Source: an uncultured delta proteobacterium (GTDB lineage: Bacteria > Desulfobacterota > Binatia > Binatales > Binataceae). Taken from it: 64,000 nt of DNA. The position numbers and the translations under genes were made by a program. The notes under the pieces were generated by a model. The model was not told where the DNA came from. It saw only the letters and a program-made list of their open reading frames with translations, and made no database searches. The DNA is taken from positions 258,384-322,383 of the forward strand of contig CAWIHG010000008.1 of NCBI GenBank assembly GCA_963835905.1, read 5' to 3'. Of the stretch, positions 49,181 to 59,144 are shown in pieces. Numbering within the stretch: position 1 is the stretch's first letter; each line of letters starts with the position of its first letter.

Positions 49181-50713
49181 TTGCTAGCCAGCGTAATCTC
49201 CAGCGCTCTGGCCGGAGTCGAGGCCTACCGGATCGAGGTCGAAATCGACATCAGCCCCGGCGTGCCTGGCCTCACGATGGTCGGGTTGCCGGAGCTATCG
49301 GTGCGCGAGGCGCTGGAGCGGATTCGCTCCGCCCTGCGCAACTGCGGCTACGATTTTCCCAATCGCAAGGTGACCATCAACCTGGCGCCCGCCGACACGC
49401 GCAAGGAAGGCTCGGCGTTCGACCTGCCGCTGGCGGTCGCGCTGCTCGGCGCCAACGGCCAGATTCGCGACCGCGACCGGCTGCGCAATTTCCTGGTGCT
49501 CGGAGAGCTGGCGCTCGACGGCCGGGTCAAGGGAATCAAGGGCGCGTTGCCCTCCGCGATCCTGGCGCGCGCACAGAAGTACGGCGGAATCGTGCTGCCG
49601 ACCGAGAACGCGAGCGAGGCGGCGGTGATCGGCGAGGGCGTCTCGGTCGTCGGCGTGGGCAACCTGCGCGAGGCGATCGAGTTTTTCGATGGCGCGCGCG
49701 AGATCCCGTCCACCACCGCCAATCTCGGCGAAATGTTCAACGGCGCCAGCCGTTACGAGGTCGATTTCAGCGAGGTCAAGGGACAGGAGCAGGCCAAGCG
49801 AGCGCTCGAGGTCGCCGCCGCGGGCGGCCATAACGTGCTCATGATCGGGCCGCCCGGTTCGGGCAAGACGATGCTGGCCAAGCGGCTGCCGACGATCCTG
49901 CCCGCGATGACCTTCGAGGAGGCGATCGAAACCACCAAGGTGCACAGCGTGATGGGCCTGCTCGACGGGCGGGCGCTGATCGCGACGCGGCCGTTCCGCT
50001 CGCCGCATCATACGATCTCCGACGCGGGGCTTATCGGGGGCGGTCCGATGCCGCGGCCGGGTGAAGTCAGCCTGGCGCACAACGGAATCCTGTTCCTCGA
50101 CGAATTGCCCGAGTTCCGCAAAAACGTCCTCGAAGTGCTGCGCCAGCCGCTGGAGGACGCGCGAATCACGATCGCGCGCGTGATGGGCACGCTCACGTTT
50201 CCGGCCAGCGTGATGCTGGTGGCGGCGATGAATCCATGCCCGTGCGGATTTTTCACCGACCCGACCCATGAATGCACCTGCTCGCCGCTTGCGATCCAGC
50301 GCTACCGCTCGCGAATCTCGGGCCCGCTGCTGGACCGGATCGATATCCATATCGAAGTTCCAGCGGTCAAGTACCGCGACCTGACCGACAAGAGCCCCGG
50401 CGAGCCGTCCACCGCAATCCGCGAGCGGGTCAATCGCGCCCGCCAGGTCCAGTTGCGCCGCTTCCACGGCGTCCGCATCTACAGCAACGCCCAGATGGGC
50501 GCCCGCGAGCAGCGCGAATACTGCCGGGTCGAGGCGGCGGGCGAGCGCCTGCTGGAACTCGCGATCAACCGGCTCGGACTCTCCGCGCGCGCCTACACGC
50601 GGATTCTCAAGGTGGCGCGGACCATCGCCGACCTCGACGGCGCCGACACGATCGCGGCCCATCATGTGAGCGAGGCGGTCCAGTACCGCTCGCTGGATCG
50701 CAGCGCGATGTAG
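49181..50713 (+). CDS. YifB/ComM-family Mg-chelatase-like AAA+ ATPase
   Basis: N-terminal ChlI-like domain, Walker A (GPPGSGKT), Mg-chelatase C-terminal region. Confidence 0.9.
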   Translation: MLASVISSALAGVEAYRIEVEIDISPGVPGLTMVGLPELSVREALERIRSALRNCGYDFPNRKVTINLAPADTRKEGSAFDLPLAVALLGANGQIRDRDRLRNFLVLGELALDGRVKGIKGALPSAILARAQKYGGIVLPTENASEAAVIGEGVSVVGVGNLREAIEFFDGAREIPSTTANLGEMFNGASRYEVDFSEVKGQEQAKRALEVAAAGGHNVLMIGPPGSGKTMLAKRLPTILPAMTFEEAIETTKVHSVMGLLDGRALIATRPFRSPHHTISDAGLIGGGPMPRPGEVSLAHNGILFLDELPEFRKNVLEVLRQPLEDARITIARVMGTLTFPASVMLVAAMNPCPCGFFTDPTHECTCSPLAIQRYRSRISGPLLDRIDIHIEVPAVKYRDLTDKSPGEPSTAIRERVNRARQVQLRRFHGVRIYSNAQMGAREQREYCRVEAAGERLLELAINRLGLSARAYTRILKVARTIADLDGADTIAAHHVSEAVQYRSLDRSAM

Positions 50714-50766
50714 AGCTCCGTCGGCCGGCGGACTGACGGGGAAGCCGAAATCATTCCACGAAGGGT

Positions 50767-50795
50767 ACTTGCGAGTCCTGCGCCGCAGGTATACT
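50767..50795 (+). promoter_or_regulatory. Sigma70-like promoter (TTGCGA-N15-TATACT)
   Basis: Read from sequence; followed by a 10-bp perfect hairpin (50833-50860) and a strong SD. Confidence 0.35.
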
Positions 50796-50875
50796 GATTT
50801 TTCAGATAAGTCCGGGTTATGATCGCGCGCTCGGAGGACGCTCGGGAGTTGAGCGTCCTCAAGGGGAGGTCACCG

Positions 50876-50977
50876 ATGACTAGTTCAGTCAAAATGGCGA
50901 TCTTTGTCGTGCTCGGCAGCGCCCTGACCGTCGCAGCCCTGATGATCGCGAACTACCTGAACGCGGCGGCGGGCTGA
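50876..50977 (+). CDS. Small hydrophobic peptide (33 aa), single predicted TM
   Basis: ATG preceded at 6 nt by AAGGGGAGGT; product MTSSVKMAIFVVLGSALTVAALMIANYLNAAAG. Confidence 0.4.
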   Translation: MTSSVKMAIFVVLGSALTVAALMIANYLNAAAG

Positions 50978-51098
50978 GAGTAGCGCCGGCCGTCTCGCGG
51001 CCGGCGGCGGTATCGATTTCGATCCCCCGTCTGGCGGTATCACGGACCGCCCGGGATGATTTTGCGCGCCGCGCGGACTATCCTCCGGAAGGTCGCGC

Positions 51099-51986
51099 TT
51101 GCGCCCGGCGCGATTGCGGCCCTATTCCGTGAAGCCCGAATCCGCCGACTTCCACGCTATCCATCGCGCCGCGATCCGGCGCGTGTATCGCAAGGCGGGC
51201 GCCGCGCGATGGAACCTGGACGAAGCCGCGTTCGCGGCGGCGCTCAAGGCGGCGGTTGCCGATGCGGTCGCATCCGATCCGCGCGCCGACGCCGCGATCG
51301 ATTCGATCCACGCCGAAGACCTTGCACTCGCGTGCGCGTGCGCGGCGGGAAACGCCGCGGCGTGGGACTTCTTCGTCACCCGCTACCGGCCAATCCTCTA
51401 TGCGTCGGCGCGCGCGATAACCGGCGACGAATCCCGCGCACGCGAGCTTGCCGATTCGATTTACGCCGATCTATACGGGCTGGAAGTGCGCGAGGGGCGC
51501 CGCCGCTCGCTGTTCAGCTACTTCCACGGCCGCAGCCGGCTCGCCACCTGGCTGCGCGCGGTGCTCGCGCAGCGCCATGTCGATTACGCGCGCTCGGCGC
51601 GGCGCCTCGAGCCGCTCGACAAGATTCCCGAGCCGGCCGCTCCCGCCCCGGCCGATCCGCCCGACCCCGATCGCGCGCGCCTGGTCCGCGCGCTTGCCGC
51701 CGCGCTCGCCGCGGCGCTGGGCGCGCTGGAGGCGCGCGACCGGATGCGCCTGGGTCACTACTATCGCGACGGGCTCAAGCTGCGCGAAATCGGACGGCTG
51801 ATGGGCGAGAGCGAATCCGGCGTCTCGCGCCATCTCGAGCGCACCCGCCGCGCGATCCGAGCGTCGATCGATGCCGCGCTGAGCACCGCGCACGGTCTCA
51901 GCCGGGAGCAAATCGCGATGTGTTATCATTACGGGGCCGAAGATTTGCCGCTCGATCTCGGCCGCGCGCTATCGGAGGCGTCATGA
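51099..51986 (+). CDS. ECF-type RNA polymerase sigma factor
   Basis: Sigma-70 region-2-like segment (FFVTRYRPILYASAR...LADSIYADLY) and region-4 HTH (LKLREIGRLMGESESGVSRHLERTRRAI). Confidence 0.7.
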   Translation: MRPARLRPYSVKPESADFHAIHRAAIRRVYRKAGAARWNLDEAAFAAALKAAVADAVASDPRADAAIDSIHAEDLALACACAAGNAAAWDFFVTRYRPILYASARAITGDESRARELADSIYADLYGLEVREGRRRSLFSYFHGRSRLATWLRAVLAQRHVDYARSARRLEPLDKIPEPAAPAPADPPDPDRARLVRALAAALAAALGALEARDRMRLGHYYRDGLKLREIGRLMGESESGVSRHLERTRRAIRASIDAALSTAHGLSREQIAMCYHYGAEDLPLDLGRALSEAS

Positions 51987-52061
51987 TTATCGTGCCTCAG
52001 GATCCCGCGCAGGGCGGCGCGCAAGGAACGGCCGCCCACTCGTTCGAATACCAGGAACCCT

Positions 52062-53195
52062 ATGCCCGGCGCTGATAATCGACCCGACCCGCTCGACGCG
52101 ATCCTGGCGCGCGCGATGCGCTCCGCCGACGCGCCCGTGCGTCCGGATTGCCCCGAGCCCGCGATGCTCGCGGCGTGGTTCGATAAATCGATGGGCCGCG
52201 GCGGCGCGGAGCGCGTCGAGTCGCATCTCGGCGAGTGCCCGCGATGCCAGGGAATCGTGGCGGCGATGGCGCGTGCGGAATCCGCCGCATCCGCGCCGGC
52301 GCCGCAGGCCACCGAGCGAGCGCGCTGGCGGATGCTGTTCGAGATGCGGTTTCTCGCGCCGGCGATTGCGGGAGTTTTCGCGATCGTCACGCTGGCGACC
52401 GTGTTTCATCGCCGCTTCGGCCGCTATCGCAAAGCCGAGCGGGTCGCGATGCTCCAGGCGCCTCGCGCCGCGGCGAAGGCCGCGGAAACCCGGATGCTCG
52501 CGATGAACGAGGCCGCGCCCCCGCGGCGTCGGGTTGAACTCCAGGCCGAGAGGACGTCCCCGCCGCGCGAGCGATCGCAGCAGGCCGGAGTCGGCGCACC
52601 CCGCCCAGCGCCGCGCGGTTTCGCCGCCGGTGCATCCGGTGGCGCGATGCGCGCAGGCGCGGCAGGCGCCGCAGTCGCGCCCGGCGCTCCGAAGCCAGCA
52701 GGTGCGGCAGGCGTTGCTGAAGCACCCGCCGCTTCGATGGCGGCGCCCTCGCCACTTCATCACGTTCAAGCGGGAGCACAACTCAAGCGGCAAGCCGCGG
52801 GGCTCGTGGCGGCACCTCGGGAGGCCGCGATACAAAGTCCCGTCGCCGTGGAGTCGCCTGACGGCACCGCGACCTGGCACGTCGGCAAAAACGGTTTCAT
52901 CAGTATCGTGGCCGAAGAGGGCGGCCATTTCATCGTGGGAAAGCAGGACAGCGGCGTCACGACCGATCTGCTCGCCGGCTCCGCGGTGTCAGCGAAAGTG
53001 TGCTGGGTGGTCGGACGCGACGGCACGATCCTGCGCACGACCGACGGCGGATATCATTGGATGAGCGTCGATTCGCCGACTCACGCCGATCTCGCGGGCG
53101 TCACCGCGCAGAGCGCGGATTCCGCAACGATTCGGACCACGTCTGGCCAGCAATTTTCCACCGCCGACGCCGGCAATAACTGGAAATCAGAGTAG
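52062..53195 (+). CDS. Anti-sigma factor (zf-HC2) with single TM and C-terminal beta-propeller-like extracytoplasmic domain
   Basis: HLGECPRCQ zinc-finger anti-sigma motif, TM segment (AIAGVFAIVTLATVF), C-terminal DGGYHW/BNR-like repeats. Confidence 0.6.
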   Translation: MPGADNRPDPLDAILARAMRSADAPVRPDCPEPAMLAAWFDKSMGRGGAERVESHLGECPRCQGIVAAMARAESAASAPAPQATERARWRMLFEMRFLAPAIAGVFAIVTLATVFHRRFGRYRKAERVAMLQAPRAAAKAAETRMLAMNEAAPPRRRVELQAERTSPPRERSQQAGVGAPRPAPRGFAAGASGGAMRAGAAGAAVAPGAPKPAGAAGVAEAPAASMAAPSPLHHVQAGAQLKRQAAGLVAAPREAAIQSPVAVESPDGTATWHVGKNGFISIVAEEGGHFIVGKQDSGVTTDLLAGSAVSAKVCWVVGRDGTILRTTDGGYHWMSVDSPTHADLAGVTAQSADSATIRTTSGQQFSTADAGNNWKSE

Positions 53196-53225
53196 CGCCC
53201 GCCCGCCGCGCCGCGCGCGCCGGCG

Positions 53226-53356
53226 CCTTCGCTTCGCTCCCGGCTCGCGCCGCACCTGTTTTCGTCATTCCCGCGCGCGTGTGTCGCGTAGCGTCCAGTG
53301 AAATACGCGCGCGAGAGCCTGTCCTGAGCTTGCCGAAGGAAATCCCGCCTCCGCTT
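53226..53356. repeat. REP-like element variant (inverted B core, A-like unit, B-like unit)
   Basis: ccttcgcttcgctc... ttttcgtcattcccgcgcgcgtgtg ... gtcctgagcttgccgaaggaaatcccgcctccgc. Confidence 0.6.
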
Positions 53357-53444
53357 CTAATTTGTTCACTGAAATCTCCGCCAGCCACTTGGCGCTGCAA
53401 GAAATTCCGGGCTCGTCGTTCAGAGAGTCGAGGGAGACGACTCG

Positions 53445-54401
53445 ATGGACGCACAAACCTCGCCAGCCCCTGTTGCCGCCGCCGCTGCCGCCGCTCCGTG
53501 GCGATTTCCCGCGCTCGGGGCGTGGCTCCCCGCCGATCCGCGCGTCTTCCAAATCGCAACTCTCGGCGTGCTGCTGGCGGCGGGGGTATGGTTCCGCGAT
53601 TTCAGCCTGCGCCCGGCGCAGATTGCGCTGACCTTTGCCGCGGCGATAGCGGCACAGCGAATCGCGTGGGTATTCGCACCGCCGCAGTCGCGCTCGATGC
53701 GCAGCGCGGTGATTACGGCGCTCAGCCTGACGCTGCTGCTGCGCGCCGACAACCTGATCGCGCATCCGGCCGCGGCGGCGCTCGCTATTTTCTCCAAATC
53801 GGTTTTCAAAATCCGCGGCAAGCATCTGTTCAACCCCGCCGCGTTCGGGATCGTCGCCGCGCTGCTCGCGATTCCGGGAACCTGGGTGTCGCCGGGGCAA
53901 TGGGGACAGGACCTTGCGCTCGGCGGATGGCTGGTGGTGCTGGGCACCGCGGTGACGGCGCGCGCGCGTATCGGCGATATCAGTTGGGCGTTCCTCGGCT
54001 TCTATCTTGGCGGCGCGGCGCTTCGCGTCGAGGCTCTAGGCTATCAGTGGCCGGTCCTTACGCATGAGCTGACCAGCGGCGCTCTGCTGCTGTTCGCATT
54101 CTTCATGATCTCCGATCCGCGCACCGCGCCAGATTCGGCGCGCGGACGCGTCGCGCATGCGGCCGTGGTCGCGGCGATGGCGCTCGGGTGGCAATTCGGA
54201 CTTTACGCCAACAACGGACTCATCTGGGCGCTGGTGCTGTGCGCGCCCGCAATCCCGCTTTGGGACGCGCGCTTTCCGGCGCCGAGATTTCAATGGCAAT
54301 CGCAAGGAGGTCGTCATGAATCTTCCGCTAAAAGCCCGATTCCGGATCGCAGCCGCGGCGCTTGGGATCCTCGCCGTCGCGGCGCTCACGACGCCGCGTG
54401 A
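53445..54401 (+). CDS. RnfD/NqrB-family-like polytopic membrane protein
   Basis: Multi-TM; LLLFAFFMISDPRTAP resembles the FFMATDPVT FMN-site motif and KHLFNPAAFG the NqrB/RnfD signature. The 3' end overlaps the next gene by 86 nt. Confidence 0.55.
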   Translation: MDAQTSPAPVAAAAAAAPWRFPALGAWLPADPRVFQIATLGVLLAAGVWFRDFSLRPAQIALTFAAAIAAQRIAWVFAPPQSRSMRSAVITALSLTLLLRADNLIAHPAAAALAIFSKSVFKIRGKHLFNPAAFGIVAALLAIPGTWVSPGQWGQDLALGGWLVVLGTAVTARARIGDISWAFLGFYLGGAALRVEALGYQWPVLTHELTSGALLLFAFFMISDPRTAPDSARGRVAHAAVVAAMALGWQFGLYANNGLIWALVLCAPAIPLWDARFPAPRFQWQSQGGRHESSAKSPIPDRSRGAWDPRRRGAHDAA

Positions 54402-55707
54402 CGCGCGCGCGTTCTGCGGCTTCTTTGTCGGCAAAGCCGGCGCGAAGCTGTACAACCATGCCTCGCAGGTCGTGATGGTCCGGCACGACGACAAGACCGT
54501 CATCAGCCTAATGAACGATTACCAGGGCCCGCTTAACGAGTTCGCGCTGGTGGTGCCGGTGCCCGAGGTCCTGCAGCGCGGGCAGATCCATATCGGCGAC
54601 CGCGCGCTGTTCGAAAAGCTCGACGCGTACAGCGCGCCGCGCCTGGTCGAATATCACGATCCCGATCCGTGCCGGATTTACGAGCCGATGCAATTGCACA
54701 TGGGCATCGCCGGAGCGCCAGCCGCGATGAATAGCGCCGCCAAGGCGGAATCGAGCAAGGCGCTGGGCGTCACCGTCGAGGCGCAATACACCGTCGGCGA
54801 ATACGACATCGTGATTTTGAGCGCAAAGCAGTCAGATGGTCTGGAAACCTGGCTCGTGCAGAACGGCTACCAGATTCCGCAGGGCGCCAGCGCGGCGCTC
54901 GCGCCGTATATCCGGCAGGGGATGAAATTCTTCGTCGCGAGGGTGAATCTCAAGGAGCACAGGCGCACCGGGCTAAGCTACCTGCGCCCGCTGCAGTTCG
55001 CCTTCACCACGCGCAAGTTCATACTTCCCATTCGGCTCGGGATGATCAACGCCGACGGTCCGCAGGATTTGATCATCTATGCGCTCACCCGCGACGGCCG
55101 CGTCGAGACGACCAACTATCGCACCGTCCGGCTGCCGAGCGGGGACGAAATTCCGAATTTCGTGCGCGACGAGTTCCCGAAATTTTACCAGGCGATGTTC
55201 AACGAGCAGGTGCGCCGCAGCGACATGCGCGCCGTTTTCACCGAGTACGTATGGAACATGGGATGGTGCGATCCGTGCGCGGGACCGCCGCTGTCGCACG
55301 ACGAATTGCGCCAGCTCGGCGTGTTCTGGCTCGACCAGGGCGCGCAGCCGGGGCCGCAGCCGCGCTTTCGCGGGGCGCCGATGCTGTTTCAATACGGCGG
55401 CGCGACGCCGGTGATCCTGACCCGGCTGCATGTGCGCTACAGCGCCGACACGTTTCCCGAAGACCTCGCCTTCCAGGAAACCCAGGATCGCGAGAACTGG
55501 CAGGCGCGCTATGTCCTGCACGTGCCGTGGGAGGGTTCGCCCGATGCGTGCCCGGCCGCGCGCTCGTACTTCGACCGGCTGGAGCAGCGGCGCTCGCGCG
55601 AGGCGCGCAATCTCGCCGAGCTTACCGGATGGGATCTCGACGCGATCATGAAGCAGGCCGGCGCGACGACGCAGCCCGCGCCATGGTGGTCGCATCTGTG
55701 GGAATGA
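54316..55707 (+). CDS. Secreted DUF2330-like protein
   Basis: Perfect SD (AAGGAGG) 6 nt before the ATG; signal peptide then CGFFVGK motif; Cys-containing C-terminal region. Confidence 0.5.
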   Translation: MNLPLKARFRIAAAALGILAVAALTTPRDARAFCGFFVGKAGAKLYNHASQVVMVRHDDKTVISLMNDYQGPLNEFALVVPVPEVLQRGQIHIGDRALFEKLDAYSAPRLVEYHDPDPCRIYEPMQLHMGIAGAPAAMNSAAKAESSKALGVTVEAQYTVGEYDIVILSAKQSDGLETWLVQNGYQIPQGASAALAPYIRQGMKFFVARVNLKEHRRTGLSYLRPLQFAFTTRKFILPIRLGMINADGPQDLIIYALTRDGRVETTNYRTVRLPSGDEIPNFVRDEFPKFYQAMFNEQVRRSDMRAVFTEYVWNMGWCDPCAGPPLSHDELRQLGVFWLDQGAQPGPQPRFRGAPMLFQYGGATPVILTRLHVRYSADTFPEDLAFQETQDRENWQARYVLHVPWEGSPDACPAARSYFDRLEQRRSREARNLAELTGWDLDAIMKQAGATTQPAPWWSHLWE

Positions 55708-55726
55708 GAACCCCGTGTCGATAAAC

Positions 55727-55752
55727 AGCGGCGGGTCACCCGACCCGCCGCT
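55727..55752 (-). terminator. Hairpin terminator (11-bp perfect stem, ACCC loop)
   Basis: AGCGGCGGGTC-ACCC-GACCCGCCGCT; on the minus strand it is followed by TGTTTAT, downstream of the 55776-56282 gene. Confidence 0.45.
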
Positions 55753-55775
55753 CCCCTCGCCAGCCGAGACAGCGG

Positions 55776-56282
55776 TCAGGCGGCCGTCTGAGGAGCGGCG
55801 TTTACCTGCGGCCTGCGAGCGAGCGCGGTGCGCCTGGTCATCTTGATGAAGCGGTCAAGCTCGCCGCACAGCTTGACGACCTGGGCATGGCGCGCATGCT
55901 CCTGGTCGGCGACGCGGGTTTCGAAGTCGGTCAGCTTTCCGGCGTCGAAGTCCGAGATAAAATCGACGATCGGCGCCGGCAGCTTCACGTAAATCGAGCC
56001 ACCCTCGGCGGCCTGCTGGTTTAAGGGGTAAGCCGCGCCGAACCAGGCGCTGTGGATACGTTTTGCCAGCGCCATCACGTCCTGACCGCACGCCCCCAGG
56101 CGCAACCAGTTGCTCCCGACCGCGAGAAACAGCCATTGGTCGGCGCCGGCGCGAAACGCCCGCGCCATCGGATCGAACGACGGGCTGGCCCGCTCGCCGC
56201 GGGGAATGGAATCCAGCGGAGCGCATCCATAAGCCTCGCGCGCCGCGTTGATAAGTCTTAGTACTTCTTCGATATCGGTCAT
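55776..56282 (-). CDS. Hypothetical protein (168 aa)
   Basis: ORF with reasonable amino-acid composition; no recognised domain. Confidence 0.45.
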   Translation of the reverse strand: MTDIEEVLRLINAAREAYGCAPLDSIPRGERASPSFDPMARAFRAGADQWLFLAVGSNWLRLGACGQDVMALAKRIHSAWFGAAYPLNQQAAEGGSIYVKLPAPIVDFISDFDAGKLTDFETRVADQEHARHAQVVKLCGELDRFIKMTRRTALARRPQVNAAPQTAA

Positions 56283-56534
56283 GTTTCCACCGCTGGGATG
56301 GTTCCGTATTTACGAACAGGATCGAACGCAGAGGACGTGCCAGAAATTATCCAAGCGCCGCCGTCGGGCGGTTATGGCATCCTGCATCCGTCGGCATCAT
56401 AGCCGGGGTCAGTGGCTCAAATCGAAGCATCGCAAGGTCGCCCCCGTAACACAGCCGTAATACTGGCGGGGGCTTCATTTGCGCCTCATCCCGGTGTCGG
56501 CCGAGTCACGCGTCGGCGCGGTGGCGGGCTCGGA

Positions 56535-56563
56535 TTGACTCCTCCGGACTGCTGGCCTAATGT
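56535..56563 (+). promoter_or_regulatory. Sigma70-like promoter TTGACT-N17-TAATGT upstream of ffh
   Basis: Read from sequence; about 75 nt upstream of the ffh start. Confidence 0.4.
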
Positions 56564-56641
56564 TCGCCGTTTGCTACACTAATTGGGAATCCGGAAAGAC
56601 CAGCACTTCATCCTGCGACCCGCGCATATCGGCTCTGACCT

Positions 56642-57982
56642 ATGTTCGACACCCTCAGCGATCGACTCGACGGCGTCTTCAAGAAGCTCAAGGGGCAGGG
56701 ACGGATCAGCGAGCGCAATATCGAAGAGGCGCTCCGCGAGGTCCGGCTCGCGCTGCTCGAGGCCGACGTCAATATCCGTGTCGTCCGCGACTTTATCGAG
56801 CATGTAAAGAGCAAGGCGCTGGGACAGGAAGTGCTGCGCTCGCTCAGCCCCGAGCAGCACCTGGTCAAGTTCGTCGCCGCTGAGCTGACCCAGGTGATGG
56901 GCGGGCAGGCCCGCGAGCTCGACCTCAAGGTCAAGCCGCCGGTCAAGATCATGCTGGTGGGGCTGCAGGGCTCGGGCAAAACGACCTCGGCCGCCAAGCT
57001 CGCGCTGTGGCTCAAGAAGGATCGCAAGCGCCATCCGATTCTGGCCTCGACCGACGTCTACCGCCCCGCTGCGATGGAGCAGTTGCGCGTGCTCGGCGCG
57101 CAGGCCGGAGTGCCGGTGGTGGAGAGCCGCGAGGACGAGGACCCGGTCGTAATCGCGAGCCGCGCGATGGCGCGGGCGGACTCGGGCGGGCATGACGCGA
57201 TCATTATCGATACCGCGGGCCGCCTGCAGATCGACGAAGAGCTGATGGAAGAGCTCGAGCGCCTGCGCGCCGCGCTCAATCCGCATCATATCGTGTTCGT
57301 CGCCGACGCGATGACCGGGCAGGAGGCCGCCAACGTGGCCGCCGGCTTCCATGAGCGGCTCCAGCTCTCCGGCGTGATCCTGACCAAGCTCGACTCCGAC
57401 GCGCGCGGCGGTGCGGCGCTCTCGGTGCGCGCGGTGACAGGCGCGCCAATCCTGTTCGCCGCGATGGGCGAGAAGCTCGACGCCTTCGAGGTGTTTCATC
57501 CCGACCGGCTCGCCTCGCGGGTGCTCGGGATGGGCGACGTGCTGACCCTGATCGAGAAGGCGCAGGAGAATTACGACGCCAAGAAGGCCAAGGAACTCGA
57601 GCGCAAGTTCAAGAAGAACGAATTCACCATCACCGACTTCGCCGAGCAGATCCGGACCCTGCGCAAGATGGGCTCGCTGGGCGATTTGCTCGGGATGATC
57701 CCGGGAATGAAGAAGATGGCGGGCGCGGCCGACTCCGAGGAAGCCAAGCACGAACTGCGGCGGATCCAAGCGATCATCGACTCGATGACCGCGCAGGAGC
57801 GCGATAATCATCTGATTCTCAACGGCCGGCGCCGCGCGCGAATCGCAGGCGGCAGCGGGACCAGCGTGGCCGACGTCAACCGCTTTCTCAAGCAATTCGA
57901 GCAGACGCGCAAGATGATGAAGAAATTGACCCGGATGGGAGCCGGCCGAGCCATGATGCGCGGAATAGGCTTCGGGCGCTAG
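56642..57982 (+). CDS. ffh: Signal recognition particle protein
   Basis: N domain, SRP54 GTPase (GLQGSGKTT, DTAGR) and M domain. Confidence 0.95.
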   Translation: MFDTLSDRLDGVFKKLKGQGRISERNIEEALREVRLALLEADVNIRVVRDFIEHVKSKALGQEVLRSLSPEQHLVKFVAAELTQVMGGQARELDLKVKPPVKIMLVGLQGSGKTTSAAKLALWLKKDRKRHPILASTDVYRPAAMEQLRVLGAQAGVPVVESREDEDPVVIASRAMARADSGGHDAIIIDTAGRLQIDEELMEELERLRAALNPHHIVFVADAMTGQEAANVAAGFHERLQLSGVILTKLDSDARGGAALSVRAVTGAPILFAAMGEKLDAFEVFHPDRLASRVLGMGDVLTLIEKAQENYDAKKAKELERKFKKNEFTITDFAEQIRTLRKMGSLGDLLGMIPGMKKMAGAADSEEAKHELRRIQAIIDSMTAQERDNHLILNGRRRARIAGGSGTSVADVNRFLKQFEQTRKMMKKLTRMGAGRAMMRGIGFGR

Positions 57983-58003
57983 AATAATTTCGAGGAGACC
58001 TTA

Positions 58004-58258
58004 ATGGCACTGGTAATGAGACTGCGCCGTCACGGCAGCAAGAAAAGACCCTTCTTCCGCATCGTGGTCGCCGATTCGCGATCGCCGCGCGACGGGCGCT
58101 TTGTCGATCAGATCGGAACCTACGACCCGGCCTTCGATCCACCAAAAGTCACGATCAAGAAGGCCGAGGTCGATCGCTGGCTCAAGGCCGGCGCTAAACC
58201 CAGCGAGACGGTAAAGAAACTGATCAAGCGGGCATCTGGGGCGTCCGTCTCGGCTTAA
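58004..58258 (+). CDS. rpsP: 30S ribosomal protein S16
   Basis: MALVMRLRRHGSKKRPFFRIVVADSRSPRDGRF signature. Confidence 0.95.
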   Translation: MALVMRLRRHGSKKRPFFRIVVADSRSPRDGRFVDQIGTYDPAFDPPKVTIKKAEVDRWLKAGAKPSETVKKLIKRASGASVSA

Positions 58259-58285
58259 CATCACCCGGGGCCACGGGAGCCAACC

Positions 58286-58522
58286 ATGAAGGAACTAGTT
58301 CAGTTCCTGGCGCAGCAGCTGGTGAACAACCCCGACGCGGTGGAGGTCAAGGAAACCCAGGGCGACACCGCCTCGGTCCTCGAGCTGCGGGTGGCGAAGG
58401 AAGACCTGGGACGGGTCATCGGCAAGCAGGGCCGGACCGCGAAATCGATCCGGACCATCCTGAACGCCGTGGCGTCGCGGACCAACCGCAAGGTCGTCCT
58501 TGAGATCATCGAGGATAAGTAG
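58286..58522 (+). CDS. KH-domain RNA-binding protein (YlqC/UPF0109)
   Basis: VIGKQGRTAKSIRTI KH GXXG motif; conserved position between rpsP and rimM. Confidence 0.85.
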   Translation: MKELVQFLAQQLVNNPDAVEVKETQGDTASVLELRVAKEDLGRVIGKQGRTAKSIRTILNAVASRTNRKVVLEIIEDK

Positions 58523-58597
58523 CGCCGGCGCGGCCGGCCCGCGCGAAGGCCTCCGCGCCCGCCAGCGGCCCGAATCGGCCCGCGGCGCCCGGCGCGA

Positions 58598-59125
58598 ATG
58601 AACGACGCCGTCCGGCCCGTCGAGCTGATCCGGCTGGGCCGGATCTCCGGAGCGCACGGACTGCGCGGCGCGGTCAGGCTCCGCCTGGACAATCCCGCCT
58701 CCAACGCCCTGGCTCATCTCTCCCAAATCACGATTGAACATCGCGGCGAACGCCGCGAATACCGTATCCTGGATACCGCGCGGGCGGGCGCGGGCGGGAT
58801 TCGCGTCACGCTTGAGGGCGTCGCCGGCGTGGACGCGGCGCAGGCGCTGCGCGGGGCGGTCGCGATGGCGCCGGCCGGGGATCTGCCCGCGCTCGGACCG
58901 GGCGAATTCTATTATCGCGACTTGATCGGCTGCGAAGTCCGAACCACCGACGGCCGCTTGCTCGGCGCGGTAGCCGAAGTATTCTCGGCCGGCGCGAGCG
59001 AGGTGCTGGTGGTGCGCGACGGCAAGCGCGAAGTCCTCGTACCGGCGATCGAGGACGTGATCAAGTCGATGGATTTGACGGAGCGCCGCGTGGTGATCGA
59101 GCCGGTTCCCGGACTGCTCGATTAA
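58598..59125 (+). CDS. rimM: Ribosome maturation factor RimM
   Basis: RimM N-terminal beta-barrel (IRLGRISGAHGLRGAV) and PRC C-terminal domain. Confidence 0.85.
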   Translation: MNDAVRPVELIRLGRISGAHGLRGAVRLRLDNPASNALAHLSQITIEHRGERREYRILDTARAGAGGIRVTLEGVAGVDAAQALRGAVAMAPAGDLPALGPGEFYYRDLIGCEVRTTDGRLLGAVAEVFSAGASEVLVVRDGKREVLVPAIEDVIKSMDLTERRVVIEPVPGLLD

Positions 59126-59144
59126 GCCTCGCGCCGCCGCCCCG

